The notes under the pieces: model-generated | Database searches by the model: none | What the model was told of the DNA's origin: nothing | What the model saw: only the letters and a program-made list of their open reading frames with translations | Source of the DNA: a virus | Virus record (IMG/VR): IMGVR_UViG_3300045988_180980 | DNA: 64,000 nt | Strand: one strand, 5' to 3' | Position numbers and translations under genes: made by a program | Part shown: positions 15,038 to 24,442 of the stretch, one piece after another | Position numbering within the stretch: position 1 is the stretch's first letter | How the letters are laid out: each line of letters begins with the position of its first letter

Positions 15038-16591
15038 ATGGCAAAGAAAGCGATAAAAGAAGATAAAGAAGGCAAACTTCAACTTGCCCTGAACGAGCTG
15101 CGCTGGATAAACACGCCTGTCAACTATACATCATACGCTAAAAGCTATTCCCTCATACAACAGGATGTCATGTTGTTGGTAAGCGGACGGCTGCAAGACC
15201 ATTTTGCCAAGTTCTTGAACGAACACCGCTATTTGATTAAGGAACGTCCTAATGGAGGCATAACGAAAGAAGACCTGTTGAAGATGGGACCGATACGTTT
15301 GCGCCTGGCTGACTTCGGCATAGATAGCAGTCATTATGACGAGACGGTGAAGGTGATAAACCAAATGAAGAAAATAGAGTTTCATCTTCCTCGTTTTGAT
15401 TCGGAGACAGGACTTAGAAAAGGCGAGGACTACATGCCCATCTTCAGTAAGATATTTATCCCGAAGAACTTTACATCACGAGAAGGTGAAGACTTCAACT
15501 ATTCGGGAGACGGTGATACTAAAATTGACGAGGACGGACAGGAAGTGCGTAAGTTTCGACGTGACGGATATATCGAGGTCACGATAAATATAGAGGTTGC
15601 AAAAGCCGTGTTTGACATGACGGACGGATATTTCAACCATCTTGAGCGAATAGCCTATTTCTGTAATTCGGCTTACACGTCACGTCTTTATCTCCTGCTG
15701 ATGAAGTATGCGAGCAAAGGACAGATGCACCCAGTTATAGACTATCGTGAGCTAAAAGATGCGTTAGGCATGTTTAAGGTAGATGTTGAGAAAAGCGACG
15801 ATACACAACCTGCAAAGGTTGTGACTACTGAGAAATATCAGAAATTCTCACAGTTCCGCAAACAGGTGTTGGATGTGGCGCGTGGCGACATGGAACGGCT
15901 GTGCGAGGAAAACAAGATAGAGATAATGCTCTCGTGCATCGACCCAGACAAAAAAGGATATGAACCTATTTATAGAGGCAGTGTAAAACGAGGCAATCCT
16001 GAAAAGATAAAGTTTCATATTAAGCGCACGCCTTTGGGTGTGGCGCGAGAATTGGAGCTACATCGCGGTTCATCGGAAAAGCGTTTATGCGCCAAGTTAA
16101 CGTCGCTATATCCTACGCTCGACAGAGAACGACTCAAGGCGTTTGTTGCCGATGTCCCCGAAGACCTCTGGAACGACTTCAAGGCGTATGCCTATAATGG
16201 CGTGCCCAAGGCAGTGGAGCAGCCGCATAGATGGAGCGGAACGATGGAAGACTTCGTGTTCTACATTATGGAGCAGTGGATCAAGCAGCACAGTTCGAAC
16301 ACCGAGGCACAGCAGCAGAGCTTCGCGTTTGACGAAGTCGAGGAGGTGAAGCCTGGCGAAAAGGAGTGGGATGCGTTCTTGAAGGCATACCGTGGCGCAT
16401 TTGCCAACATCATCTACAACTTCCGCTTCTACAGCTTCGAGAACAATACCGTACACGTGACCGGGCCGCGTGACATGTTCGTGAGGTTCCAGAGTGCCTT
16501 TGCCGACAATACCAAGGAGTCCCTGACATTCTTCCGACAGTTGCGCGAGTGCTACGGTCGGGAAGTGCAGTTCCGCATCATCCACAATTGA
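15038..16591 (+). CDS. rep: plasmid-type replication initiator (Rep) protein
   Basis: 517-aa ORF abutting the iteron array, followed by a strong terminator. Its N-terminal half reads like iteron-binding Rep proteins, but the family assignment rests on context and is unverified. Confidence 0.65.
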   Translation: MAKKAIKEDKEGKLQLALNELRWINTPVNYTSYAKSYSLIQQDVMLLVSGRLQDHFAKFLNEHRYLIKERPNGGITKEDLLKMGPIRLRLADFGIDSSHYDETVKVINQMKKIEFHLPRFDSETGLRKGEDYMPIFSKIFIPKNFTSREGEDFNYSGDGDTKIDEDGQEVRKFRRDGYIEVTINIEVAKAVFDMTDGYFNHLERIAYFCNSAYTSRLYLLLMKYASKGQMHPVIDYRELKDALGMFKVDVEKSDDTQPAKVVTTEKYQKFSQFRKQVLDVARGDMERLCEENKIEIMLSCIDPDKKGYEPIYRGSVKRGNPEKIKFHIKRTPLGVARELELHRGSSEKRLCAKLTSLYPTLDRERLKAFVADVPEDLWNDFKAYAYNGVPKAVEQPHRWSGTMEDFVFYIMEQWIKQHSSNTEAQQQSFAFDEVEEVKPGEKEWDAFLKAYRGAFANIIYNFRFYSFENNTVHVTGPRDMFVRFQSAFADNTKESLTFFRQLRECYGREVQFRIIHN

Positions 16592-16601
16592 CCATGTTCA
16601 A

Positions 16602-16639
16602 GCCACCGTCCAGCAGAGTGACGGTGGCTTTTTCTTTTT
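16602..16639 (+). terminator. Rho-independent terminator after rep
   Basis: GCCACCGTC-cagcagagt-GACGGTGGC followed by TTTTTCTTTTT. Confidence 0.8.
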
Positions 16640-16695
16640 CTCTGTCCGTATCGTTTTTTAGTTTTCGCCTAATTTTGCAGCAAACCAAAAGAGAT

Positions 16696-17301
16696 ATGAG
16701 ACGCTTTACATTCTTTTTCGCATTGGCCATCCTCCTGGCTGCATGCTCGTCATCCAGGCAGGCGGTCACGCAGGTGTCGCATGCGCTAAGCGATAGCGTT
16801 GCGCACCAGACGGCCGACAGTGCGCGACACACCACCACGGAGAGCATGGTGGTCGTGCAGACGCATGGCGACTCCCTGCATGCGACCAGCACGTTTTCCT
16901 CATCCGGGGAGACAGAGGAGCGCATCACAGAGCGCATCACCGAGTCGGTGGATGCCGAAGGGTCAAGAACGGTGACAACCGACCGCACCGTTGTGCGCAA
17001 GGGCAATTACAAGGAGGACAGCATATCAGAGATGACCAGGCACAGGCAGGAGGCGCGTTACGACTCTGTGGCAAGGCGGATGGACAGCCTGCTTGTGTCC
17101 TTGTCGGAACTTCGGGAGAACTATTCCCTTGCCATCGACTCCCTTTCCTCCTATAAGGACAGAAGCGCCGCCAGCCCCTTGTCGTGGTGGCAAAGGCTGG
17201 TGGTACAGCTGAAGACATTCTGGGTAACGCTCATCGGCATGCTGCTGGTGTGCGTAATCGCCAAATACCGCAAGCAGCATGAAAAAGAAAGAAAAGGATG
17301 A
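16696..17301 (+). CDS. putative lipoprotein with C-terminal TM segment
   Basis: ORF 16549 trimmed to ATG 16696. MRRFTFFFALAILLAACSS has a lipobox. C-terminal hydrophobic stretch FWVTLIGMLLVCVIA. Confidence 0.6.
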   Translation: MRRFTFFFALAILLAACSSSRQAVTQVSHALSDSVAHQTADSARHTTTESMVVVQTHGDSLHATSTFSSSGETEERITERITESVDAEGSRTVTTDRTVVRKGNYKEDSISEMTRHRQEARYDSVARRMDSLLVSLSELRENYSLAIDSLSSYKDRSAASPLSWWQRLVVQLKTFWVTLIGMLLVCVIAKYRKQHEKERKG

Positions 17302-17569
17302 GTTGTGCGAGTCGGCAGAGGTCACTCTGCAGGACTACGTGATACCTGCCAAGCTGAAGGCATTCTGTGAGCGATACAAACCGCTGGACAGGTGGCGCGA
17401 GGACTGCGAGGTATTTACCGATGCCCGCCTGCGCACCTATTTCAAGGCGGTGGTGACTCCCCTGGGCGACCCGCTGTCGCTCTACCTGGAGGACCTGGGC
17501 GCGTTTGGATTCAAGATGCACGATGACGAGAGCGGCGAACCTGTCATCTATGCCGTTCCGAAGGTATGA
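17279..17569 (+). CDS. hypothetical protein
   Basis: 96-aa ORF overlapping the previous gene's end by 23 nt. Confidence 0.5.
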   Translation: MKKKEKDELCESAEVTLQDYVIPAKLKAFCERYKPLDRWREDCEVFTDARLRTYFKAVVTPLGDPLSLYLEDLGAFGFKMHDDESGEPVIYAVPKV

Positions 17570-17617
17570 AAGTATAGCATATATATATGATATAAAAATG
17601 ATATAAAAACACTGGTC

Positions 17618-18139
17618 ATGGAAAAACCACATTACTTCTATCAAATTAAGAAGGATTCGGAGGTCGGTGCCGCCCTTGCCGACTTCAGTGAGCGGTGCGC
17701 AGAGGCACAGCGGATAGCGCTGGAATGGGCAAAGCGAGTGGGTGCAAGACACTGGTACGAGAGCCCCGACGGATTTGCCGGAGGCGTTGCGGCTGTGGAG
17801 TTCGACGACAACGGCGACAGGGCAGGATGGGACAGGATAGAAGGCACGCAGGGACAGGTGGCCTACATGCCTGCTGCGGGCACCACCCTCGAACAGGAGA
17901 TGTTCGCCCTGCCCGTTGTGAGCGAGACCGAACTTATCAGCATCCTCGACTTCAAGCCCGTGTGCACCAAAGAGGGATCGCCGCTGCCCTTCACGTTCGG
18001 ACACTCCACGCCAATCGTGTTCCCGCTCAACGGGCATTGGTACGTGGACGTGCCGTATGAGTCACGTTCGGCCGACTGCGAACAAATTGGTTCTGCAAGG
18101 TTTGCCCGCAGGAAGAGGCAGAAGGAGGCAACACAGTAA
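17618..18139 (+). CDS. hypothetical protein
   Basis: 173-aa ORF. Confidence 0.55.
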   Translation: MEKPHYFYQIKKDSEVGAALADFSERCAEAQRIALEWAKRVGARHWYESPDGFAGGVAAVEFDDNGDRAGWDRIEGTQGQVAYMPAAGTTLEQEMFALPVVSETELISILDFKPVCTKEGSPLPFTFGHSTPIVFPLNGHWYVDVPYESRSADCEQIGSARFARRKRQKEATQ

Positions 18140-18250
18140 GATGATTTTCAGGTTCTTTTCATTAGTATATAATTGTATTACTTAGGTTTTTGAGTCATCC
18201 ATCCGTGAGGACAGGTGACTCTCTTTTTGTCTGCTGTACCGTGGGCGGGC

Positions 18251-18928
18251 CTATTCACCCTCAGCCGCGATGCTGTATGTTTTGTCCTCATGCTTGTAGT
18301 CCCTGGCCTTGCCCAGTTCGGTGTTCAGCCGTAGCACCTCGTCCTGTAGTCTGCCTATCTCGTCAAGCAGTCTGTTGACGATGGCCACGTGTTCGTTCTG
18401 CAGTTTGATGATGGCGGCCATATTCGCGTCGCTGATGTTGCCCACGATGATGCCGGGCACACTGCTGCCCGTTCTGCACTCCTGTGTGTTGCCTCCGTCT
18501 TCGTTGGGCACGCCGTTGTCCGTGGTTGCGCATGCAGCCGCCTCCATGCGGTCGTCCCCAGGTATGGTGGATGCTGTTACCGTCACTTCCGTTGGATCCA
18601 CGGCTTTACGTTCCCCGCGTTTGCGCTCATCTGTGTCTTTTGCGTAGCCACCGTGCGGGGCAATCTTGTCGCCCGTCTTGACCGGCATTGGTGCATGATC
18701 ATTGTCCTTCTCAGCATCTTCGTTGCGGAAGAATGCAGAGAGTGGCACCTGGAAGCTGTTGCAGAAGCGTAGAATGCTGAGCACGGGCATGGCTCTCTCG
18801 CCTCTCGCCCACGCCTTGATTCTGTTGTTGCTTGATGTGGCAAACGCTTCGTTGATTACGCCACGTGGAATGTGCTTGTTGGCATCCAGCCACTGCTGCA
18901 GAAAACCATAGTTGTAATTGTACTTCAT
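18251..18928 (-). CDS. cI/XRE-like repressor candidate (N-terminal HTH, C-terminal coiled coil)
   Basis: One of very few - strand genes. The N-terminus ...INEAFATSSNNRIKAWARGERAMPVLSILRFCNSFQVPLSAFF is HTH-like. The C-terminus LLDEIGRLQDEVLRLNTELGKA looks like a coiled coil. Divergent from 19039. Confidence 0.6.
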   Translation of the reverse strand: MKYNYNYGFLQQWLDANKHIPRGVINEAFATSSNNRIKAWARGERAMPVLSILRFCNSFQVPLSAFFRNEDAEKDNDHAPMPVKTGDKIAPHGGYAKDTDERKRGERKAVDPTEVTVTASTIPGDDRMEAAACATTDNGVPNEDGGNTQECRTGSSVPGIIVGNISDANMAAIIKLQNEHVAIVNRLLDEIGRLQDEVLRLNTELGKARDYKHEDKTYSIAAEGE

Positions 18929-19038
18929 CTTTTTTATTGTTGTTAAAGTGTGTTAAATGTTCGATAAATTAAACGTTACGATTTGTTGTTCTATTTATTA
19001 TAACTATCTTTACACCAAAATTAGACGTTGAGATTGAT

Positions 19039-19467
19039 ATGACCAAAGAAAATTGGATAAAAATCACCACACCGTTCTCTTCGTGGGGGATTTCCGAGAT
19101 TTCCGTGAGTGAAAAGAAGATTTTGCAAGAGAATCTTGCAGAAAAAGGTTTTTCGCAGCCCACCTTTTACCTCAGATTCTTTCAGAAGGGTTTTTCAGAA
19201 TGGGAACTTTCCGGTATTAAAAATCTCAAAATTCGATTTTTGGGATTGATAAATGAGCAAAATATTGAGGCTGGCAACATCAATACGGACGATACGTTCT
19301 ACGAGAGCCTTGGACAGACCAAAGGGCTGCGCAATATGTTCATCTCCTTTATGCAGGAGAGAGGCATGAGCGCCGCCACCGTCATCAAGCGGTTCACGCT
19401 TGAGAGCTGGCGGCCTTGGGAACAGGAGGGCATCCGCGCCGTGCTGGAGCCATTCGTTGAGAAGTAG
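19039..19467 (+). CDS. hypothetical protein divergent from the repressor candidate
   Basis: 142-aa ORF. No family recognised. Confidence 0.5.
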   Translation: MTKENWIKITTPFSSWGISEISVSEKKILQENLAEKGFSQPTFYLRFFQKGFSEWELSGIKNLKIRFLGLINEQNIEAGNINTDDTFYESLGQTKGLRNMFISFMQERGMSAATVIKRFTLESWRPWEQEGIRAVLEPFVEK

Positions 19468-19533
19468 GAGAGAAGGAGCGAGAATCATGTGTGTGGCGTA
19501 TTGCCGACACGCACATAAGACAGCATATAGGGT

Positions 19534-20190
19534 ATGGTATTGGATATAACTTTTGACCTGGAGACGTGTGCGCTCTGTCCCACGGCGGCTGTGATGAGCA
19601 TCGCAGCTGTGGCATGGCACAGAGCCGCAGACGCGACCCCCTTCATCGGGGATGAGCGTTTCTCGTTCCGCGCGAACATCGACCTCAAGTCGGCCTTCGT
19701 TGACGGATTTACGTTCGACGCAGGCACAGCGCGATGGTGGAGAAGACAGAGCGAAGAGGCCAAGAGGCATCTTTTTGCCGGCGGCAAGCAGGAGCACCTG
19801 CGCGCTGCCGTGGAACGATTCATCCAATGGATAGTCACCACCGCCCGTATGGCTGGTGCCGACGAGGTGTGTCTGTGGGCACAAGGGGCAGACTACGATC
19901 CAGCCATACTGCGCTATGTATGCTATATATATGGCATTGACTTCAACAAGGCGGCTCAGATACCTTATACACATGTGCGGGATCACCGTACCTTCTTCCT
20001 CGAGGGAGCATATCTGCTGTGTCAGAGCATGGGCGTTGAGTACCGCGAGGCTGATGCCTATGACCTGGTGGATCGCTACGAAGGCGAGGGGTGTCCCCAT
20101 GACCCTGTGTATGACTGCAAGCGCAGCATATACTCCACGTGGCAGATGATGAAGCATCTGCGCTGCCTGAACATAAACCTAAAGGTGTAG
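19534..20190 (+). CDS. DEDD-family 3'-5' exonuclease (DnaQ/epsilon-like)
   Basis: ExoI ITFDLET, ExoII WAQGADYDPAIL, ExoIII CPHDPVYDC (H-x4-D). Confidence 0.75.
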   Translation: MVLDITFDLETCALCPTAAVMSIAAVAWHRAADATPFIGDERFSFRANIDLKSAFVDGFTFDAGTARWWRRQSEEAKRHLFAGGKQEHLRAAVERFIQWIVTTARMAGADEVCLWAQGADYDPAILRYVCYIYGIDFNKAAQIPYTHVRDHRTFFLEGAYLLCQSMGVEYREADAYDLVDRYEGEGCPHDPVYDCKRSIYSTWQMMKHLRCLNINLKV

Positions 20191-20195
20191 GCGGT

Positions 20196-20678
20196 ATGCG
20201 TAAGAAAGCCCGATGCGAGAGTGCGTTTGTGTATCATCGCCGCGCAAACAAGCCCGACGAGAGCTTGTATGTGGAGGACGTGGTGCCCATCTTCCCCACC
20301 AGGGAGAGGTCGGTGGCAAAGCGCTACTTCACCCACGACTACCACCGCGAGATAGCCTGGGCCCCCGATGTGCGCGGTGACTTTGACGAGCGCCCCGCGC
20401 TGGTATTCATCGGAGCAGGCTATACGCTTGTGCTGAAGGTGATGATGCTCCTGTTCGGCAAGAGTTCGCCTCTCTTCAGCGGTTTCCGTCTGTATCGCGA
20501 GGCTACCCTGTTCCGCAGGAACGGCAAGGCCAGCGAGAGGGTAGTGGTGGAGTTCTCCGGCTACCGCCATGCGATGATGTCTGCCGATGCCCTTGGCCTG
20601 GCCGTCTGCAACAGGATGCAGACCGAGTGCTGGTGCCGAACCCGGCAAGTGAAGCTGAACAAACTGTTAAATTTGTAA
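20196..20678 (+). CDS. hypothetical protein
   Basis: ORF 20139 trimmed to ATG 20196, just after the exonuclease stop. Confidence 0.45.
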   Translation: MRKKARCESAFVYHRRANKPDESLYVEDVVPIFPTRERSVAKRYFTHDYHREIAWAPDVRGDFDERPALVFIGAGYTLVLKVMMLLFGKSSPLFSGFRLYREATLFRRNGKASERVVVEFSGYRHAMMSADALGLAVCNRMQTECWCRTRQVKLNKLLNL

Positions 20679-20688
20679 GAAGCAAAAC

Positions 20689-23600
20689 ATGTTTTACCAT
20701 CCAATATTGAACCGTCTTGCAAACATCGACCTGCACCTTCTCGTGAAGCCTGCCAACGAGCAGCGCATCGAGGGTCAGACCGCATGTTTCTGCCCTGTCT
20801 GTAAGAGAGAGCAGGACGCGGATGAGGATGCCAAGCAGACTCCCCACTTCATCATCTATAAGAATGAGCGTGGTGGTATGTACGACGGCGCTGGCGTTGA
20901 CGGCAATCGACTGGCAGAACATGGTGCCGTGAAGTGGAAATGCACCCGCACGGGTAAGGCTGGCTACGGAGCCATCGAGCTGTACGCAGCCAAGATGAAC
21001 CTTCCGATGCACGGCTATAGTCTTCAGCGTATCTGCCAAAGACTCGTAAGGGATGTGTATGGCGATACCGACGAGGTGCGCCGTGCCTTCCCAGAGGTGT
21101 TTGCCAAGATGGACTATCGTACTCAGGCACAGCAGACCATCGAGACATTCTCTTTCATGCCGAAGACCGACTTCTCGCCACAAGAGCTTGCAGCCCTTGG
21201 GTGTGAGGTGACGCTTGACAGGGGGCTGCCTCGCTTCGGCTTTGGCAGTACGTTCACTCCCGACATGCTCAACAAGGACTTCCGTATCTATTCTCTTCTG
21301 AGCGTGACGCTGCCCGATGTGATACGCGACGGACAGCATGTGAGCGAGATTATCCATGGCACACCCTGGAATCCGCTGTTCGTATGCTTTGCCTCGCAGG
21401 AGATAGGTCCGCAAAACTCATACGGATGTTTCTTCCGTCCGGCAATGGCTGGGAGCGAACCGATAGTGTTCTCTACAGCCGAGGAGCACAGCGTGAGGAA
21501 GGTGAGCAAGTGGCTCATGGGCGACAACGTGTTTGTTCATGCAATGGATAATCGCAAGAGCGACAACACAGCCGTTCATGCTGCTATACAGAGGTTTGAT
21601 CCCGAAGAAAGATATACCGAGACCCGTGAGGACTGGGAAGAGAATACGAATCAGCTCGGAGAACCTAAAGGCACGTTTAAGAAGATAGATGTCGAGATAC
21701 CCACCGCCGAGATAAAGGCTCGTAATATCGTGTTTTGCCGCACACCCGAAGACGCATTGAGCGTGTATTATGCCATGCGTTCCTTGCGCCTTGACAAGGC
21801 AGAAGACCAGCATTTTCAAGATTTCTGTTGGTATCACGTGGCGTTCTCCATCGGACGGAGAAATTTCTGGTACATAGAGCGTGGTGAGTGGAAGCAGGAG
21901 AAACTTGACTTTAGCGGTGTGCAATATCAGAAGATGAACCGCTTTGCCGAGCACGTCATCATCCTATACCCTAACGACATTGCCTCTCAGCGTGACTGTG
22001 GAGCGATATGCACCAAGTTCAGTTCATTGTATTATGCAATGCTGCCCGAAGGTTTCCGCTCACGTTATTGCCGACGCTGGCAATGGCTATATGGCTGCTC
22101 TCCCCGAAGCGTGCGCGACTATCTGCTGACATACACTATGAATGCAGAAGAGAACTTCCAGTTCGACCACGATGTGCGTCTTCCACTCTACTCCCGATTG
22201 CGTGGAGCCAGGAACACGGAGCCATTCGAGATAGAATATCCGCGTGATCCTCGAAGTGGAAAGCCCAAACCACCTACATGCAAGGTGTCGCCTACGCGAT
22301 TGTGGCTCTTTATGACTGCTCACGGATATTACCGCATGATAGACCCCGAGAGCACCGACCTCGTAGGGCAGTATATCCACCTGAACAAATGCTTCGTGGA
22401 GTATATCGATGCGAAGAGCATCATCCAGGCAGCAAAGACAATGCTTTTGGAATATATAGAACAGGCATGGCGACATAGCGACAACGAGCGACGCCTGATG
22501 TCCGACTGTGCCAATATGGTGGATAAGGCCTTCACTGAGAAGTCTGCCGGAGGTTTGCAGAGTATGGTGATAAACTTTGCCGATGCGTTCGATGCCAAGA
22601 CGGAGTATTTCTACTTCAATAATGTGGCATTGAAGATAACGCCCGACAGCATCCGCACGGTGTCTTACGACGACATCAATTTCTTTATCCCCTCGCTTGC
22701 CAAGAAGCCGTATGATTTCACGATGCGGGTGTTCAAAACACCGTTCACCATCACCGAGCGACAGGAATACCGCGACCGCTTGGAAGCGATAGACAAGAAA
22801 GAGAAGATGCAGAATGAGGACGGGTCGTCAGTTTTCAGCTACACCGAGATAAAAAAAATGCGTGGCGACCTTATGGAATGGGCGCAAACATATCGTTGGG
22901 ATGTCAACTGGCAAGGACAACAGGAAAAAGACCTTTGGCCTATCCTGCGTATCGTGCGTGGATTCTCCAATACTCTCTGGGAACGAGAAAAAGAAGCACA
23001 GCGCAACAAAGTACAACTTACCGAGGACGAAAAAGCCGTAATGAACGCTCATTTCGCCAATATGCTTTCGTGCATCGGACGTTTGTGCTTCCGTTCATGG
23101 GAAGGGATGAAGAACATAGCTCCCTATCTGTTGGAAGATAATATTCCCGACGAGAAACAGGCGGCAGGTGGCTCGGGTAAATCAGTGTTAGTGAACACAG
23201 TGGTAGGCTCGGCTGTAAACGTGCTGCCAGTGGACATGAAGGATTTTATGATAGTCACCGATGCTAAATTTGCCCTCACCGATTTGCTTCTATATCCAGG
23301 CAAGTATCGAGTGGTGCATTGGGAGGACAAACAGAAGAGTTTCCCTATGAAGTACTTCTACAACAAGGTTACTCAAGGCACAAAGGTAGAGAAGAAGTTT
23401 GGTGACCCTGTAGGCCTGAAGATGGACGACTCGCCCATTCACGTTATCACGAGCAACAGTCCTTTGAGCGATGACGACCCCTCGACCATCGGTCGTTTCC
23501 CTTTGGTTAGCTTTTCCGACCGCTTTGCGCGAGAGAATCAGCAGAAACACCAGCCGGAACGATCACCTTCGGAACTGATGAAAAACTTCGACCCAAACCC

Positions 23601-24357
23601 GGAGAAGCTCACTGACACCGACCGCAACCAAGCCATTTACATTTGCGCTCTTGCTGTTCAGTTCCTCATGCGCTATCACACCTTTGCCATTGCACCTCAA
23701 GGCAATGTACGTCGCCGTCAGATGGTGCAGAAGCTCACCGAAAGCATCGTGCGCTACTTCGAGTGGTTCTTCTCTCGCAATGAGGTGTATGGTGTGCCAA
23801 TATGTACGGATGATATGTTCAATGAGTTTATGCGCGATTGGGCAGACGCTTCTGAGGGCAAGAGCAAGGAGTATAGCCGAGCCACCTTCAAGAAGAAGAT
23901 ATACGACTATTGCGAGAATATGTCGATAACGTGTAACCCCAAGCACCTCTTCGAGAACGAGAGCGACAAACAGCGCAAGTGCTTCAAGCTGCAGGCATGG
24001 GTTACGCAGGAGTACTTCACCGGTCGTGAGTGGGAAAACGACAACACCATCGAGCCGAAGTTTATCCGCTATCTGCAAACTTCCAAGCACGTGTTCTTCT
24101 TCTACCGCCCAGGCAAGGACGCGATACCGAAGGATTACCGAGAGCTCAAGCGCATAGCAAAAGCCTTTGCCGAACAGCCCGACCCGCTGCCATACCGTGA
24201 CGATGACGGCAATATCGTACAGCTTACCGATGAAGAGAAGGAACGCTGGGAGAACAATAAGACGCGCAAGCAGGGCAGGCGCATGGCACCTCCAGCAGCA
24301 GTCACCACAGCCACGGCGGAAGTGCCGGACATAAAGGAGGAGGACCTGCCGTTCTGA
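20689..24357 (+). CDS. DNA primase-helicase fusion (CHC2-like zinc finger + TOPRIM-like region + P-loop helicase)
   Basis: 1222 aa. N-terminus CFCPVCKRE...TPHFIIY...WKCTRTGKAGYGAIELY (zinc finger). IVFCRTPEDAL and VIILYPNDIASQRD are TOPRIM-like. Walker A AAGGSGKSVL. Ends in the acidic tip EEDLPF. Confidence 0.75.
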   Translation: MFYHPILNRLANIDLHLLVKPANEQRIEGQTACFCPVCKREQDADEDAKQTPHFIIYKNERGGMYDGAGVDGNRLAEHGAVKWKCTRTGKAGYGAIELYAAKMNLPMHGYSLQRICQRLVRDVYGDTDEVRRAFPEVFAKMDYRTQAQQTIETFSFMPKTDFSPQELAALGCEVTLDRGLPRFGFGSTFTPDMLNKDFRIYSLLSVTLPDVIRDGQHVSEIIHGTPWNPLFVCFASQEIGPQNSYGCFFRPAMAGSEPIVFSTAEEHSVRKVSKWLMGDNVFVHAMDNRKSDNTAVHAAIQRFDPEERYTETREDWEENTNQLGEPKGTFKKIDVEIPTAEIKARNIVFCRTPEDALSVYYAMRSLRLDKAEDQHFQDFCWYHVAFSIGRRNFWYIERGEWKQEKLDFSGVQYQKMNRFAEHVIILYPNDIASQRDCGAICTKFSSLYYAMLPEGFRSRYCRRWQWLYGCSPRSVRDYLLTYTMNAEENFQFDHDVRLPLYSRLRGARNTEPFEIEYPRDPRSGKPKPPTCKVSPTRLWLFMTAHGYYRMIDPESTDLVGQYIHLNKCFVEYIDAKSIIQAAKTMLLEYIEQAWRHSDNERRLMSDCANMVDKAFTEKSAGGLQSMVINFADAFDAKTEYFYFNNVALKITPDSIRTVSYDDINFFIPSLAKKPYDFTMRVFKTPFTITERQEYRDRLEAIDKKEKMQNEDGSSVFSYTEIKKMRGDLMEWAQTYRWDVNWQGQQEKDLWPILRIVRGFSNTLWEREKEAQRNKVQLTEDEKAVMNAHFANMLSCIGRLCFRSWEGMKNIAPYLLEDNIPDEKQAAGGSGKSVLVNTVVGSAVNVLPVDMKDFMIVTDAKFALTDLLLYPGKYRVVHWEDKQKSFPMKYFYNKVTQGTKVEKKFGDPVGLKMDDSPIHVITSNSPLSDDDPSTIGRFPLVSFSDRFARENQQKHQPERSPSELMKNFDPNPEKLTDTDRNQAIYICALAVQFLMRYHTFAIAPQGNVRRRQMVQKLTESIVRYFEWFFSRNEVYGVPICTDDMFNEFMRDWADASEGKSKEYSRATFKKKIYDYCENMSITCNPKHLFENESDKQRKCFKLQAWVTQEYFTGREWENDNTIEPKFIRYLQTSKHVFFFYRPGKDAIPKDYRELKRIAKAFAEQPDPLPYRDDDGNIVQLTDEEKERWENNKTRKQGRRMAPPAAVTTATAEVPDIKEEDLPF

Positions 24358-24375
24358 CGGGCGGAAAAAGTACCT

Positions 24376-24432
24376 ATAGGTTCTTGGTTGCTCTTCCAAT
24401 AGGTTCTTGGGTAGAGTTCCTGGAGGTTCTTG
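24376..24432 (+). repeat. Three direct repeats (AT)AGGTTCTTG(G) spaced 23-25 bp
   Basis: ataggttcttgg at 24376 and 24399, and aggttcttg at 24424. Lies just upstream of ATG 24443. Confidence 0.7.
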
Positions 24433-24442
24433 TATAGAGAAT

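Noticed and set aside
17231-18037. 268-aa - strand ORF, and similar long antisense ORFs (20503..21414, 28763..29779, 38737..39810, 53082..54026, 58754..59722, 60115..61248, and + strand 35481..36401).
   Set aside because: Each lies entirely opposite a longer ORF that has recognisable motifs or consistent operon context. Their translations are low-complexity (Arg/Leu/His/Gly-rich). None was counted as a gene.
18192-18230. Bidirectional terminator between 17618..18139 (+) and the repressor gene (-).
   Set aside because: It has only a 6-bp stem (GAGTCA/TGACTC) with an 18-nt loop, followed by TCTTTTTGT. This is too weak to list as a feature.
19195-20157. 320-aa ORF on the - strand.
   Set aside because: It is fully antisense to the well-supported exonuclease gene and to 19039..19467. 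The translation is Arg/His/Gly-rich with no motifs, so it is a typical shadow ORF of a GC-balanced coding region.
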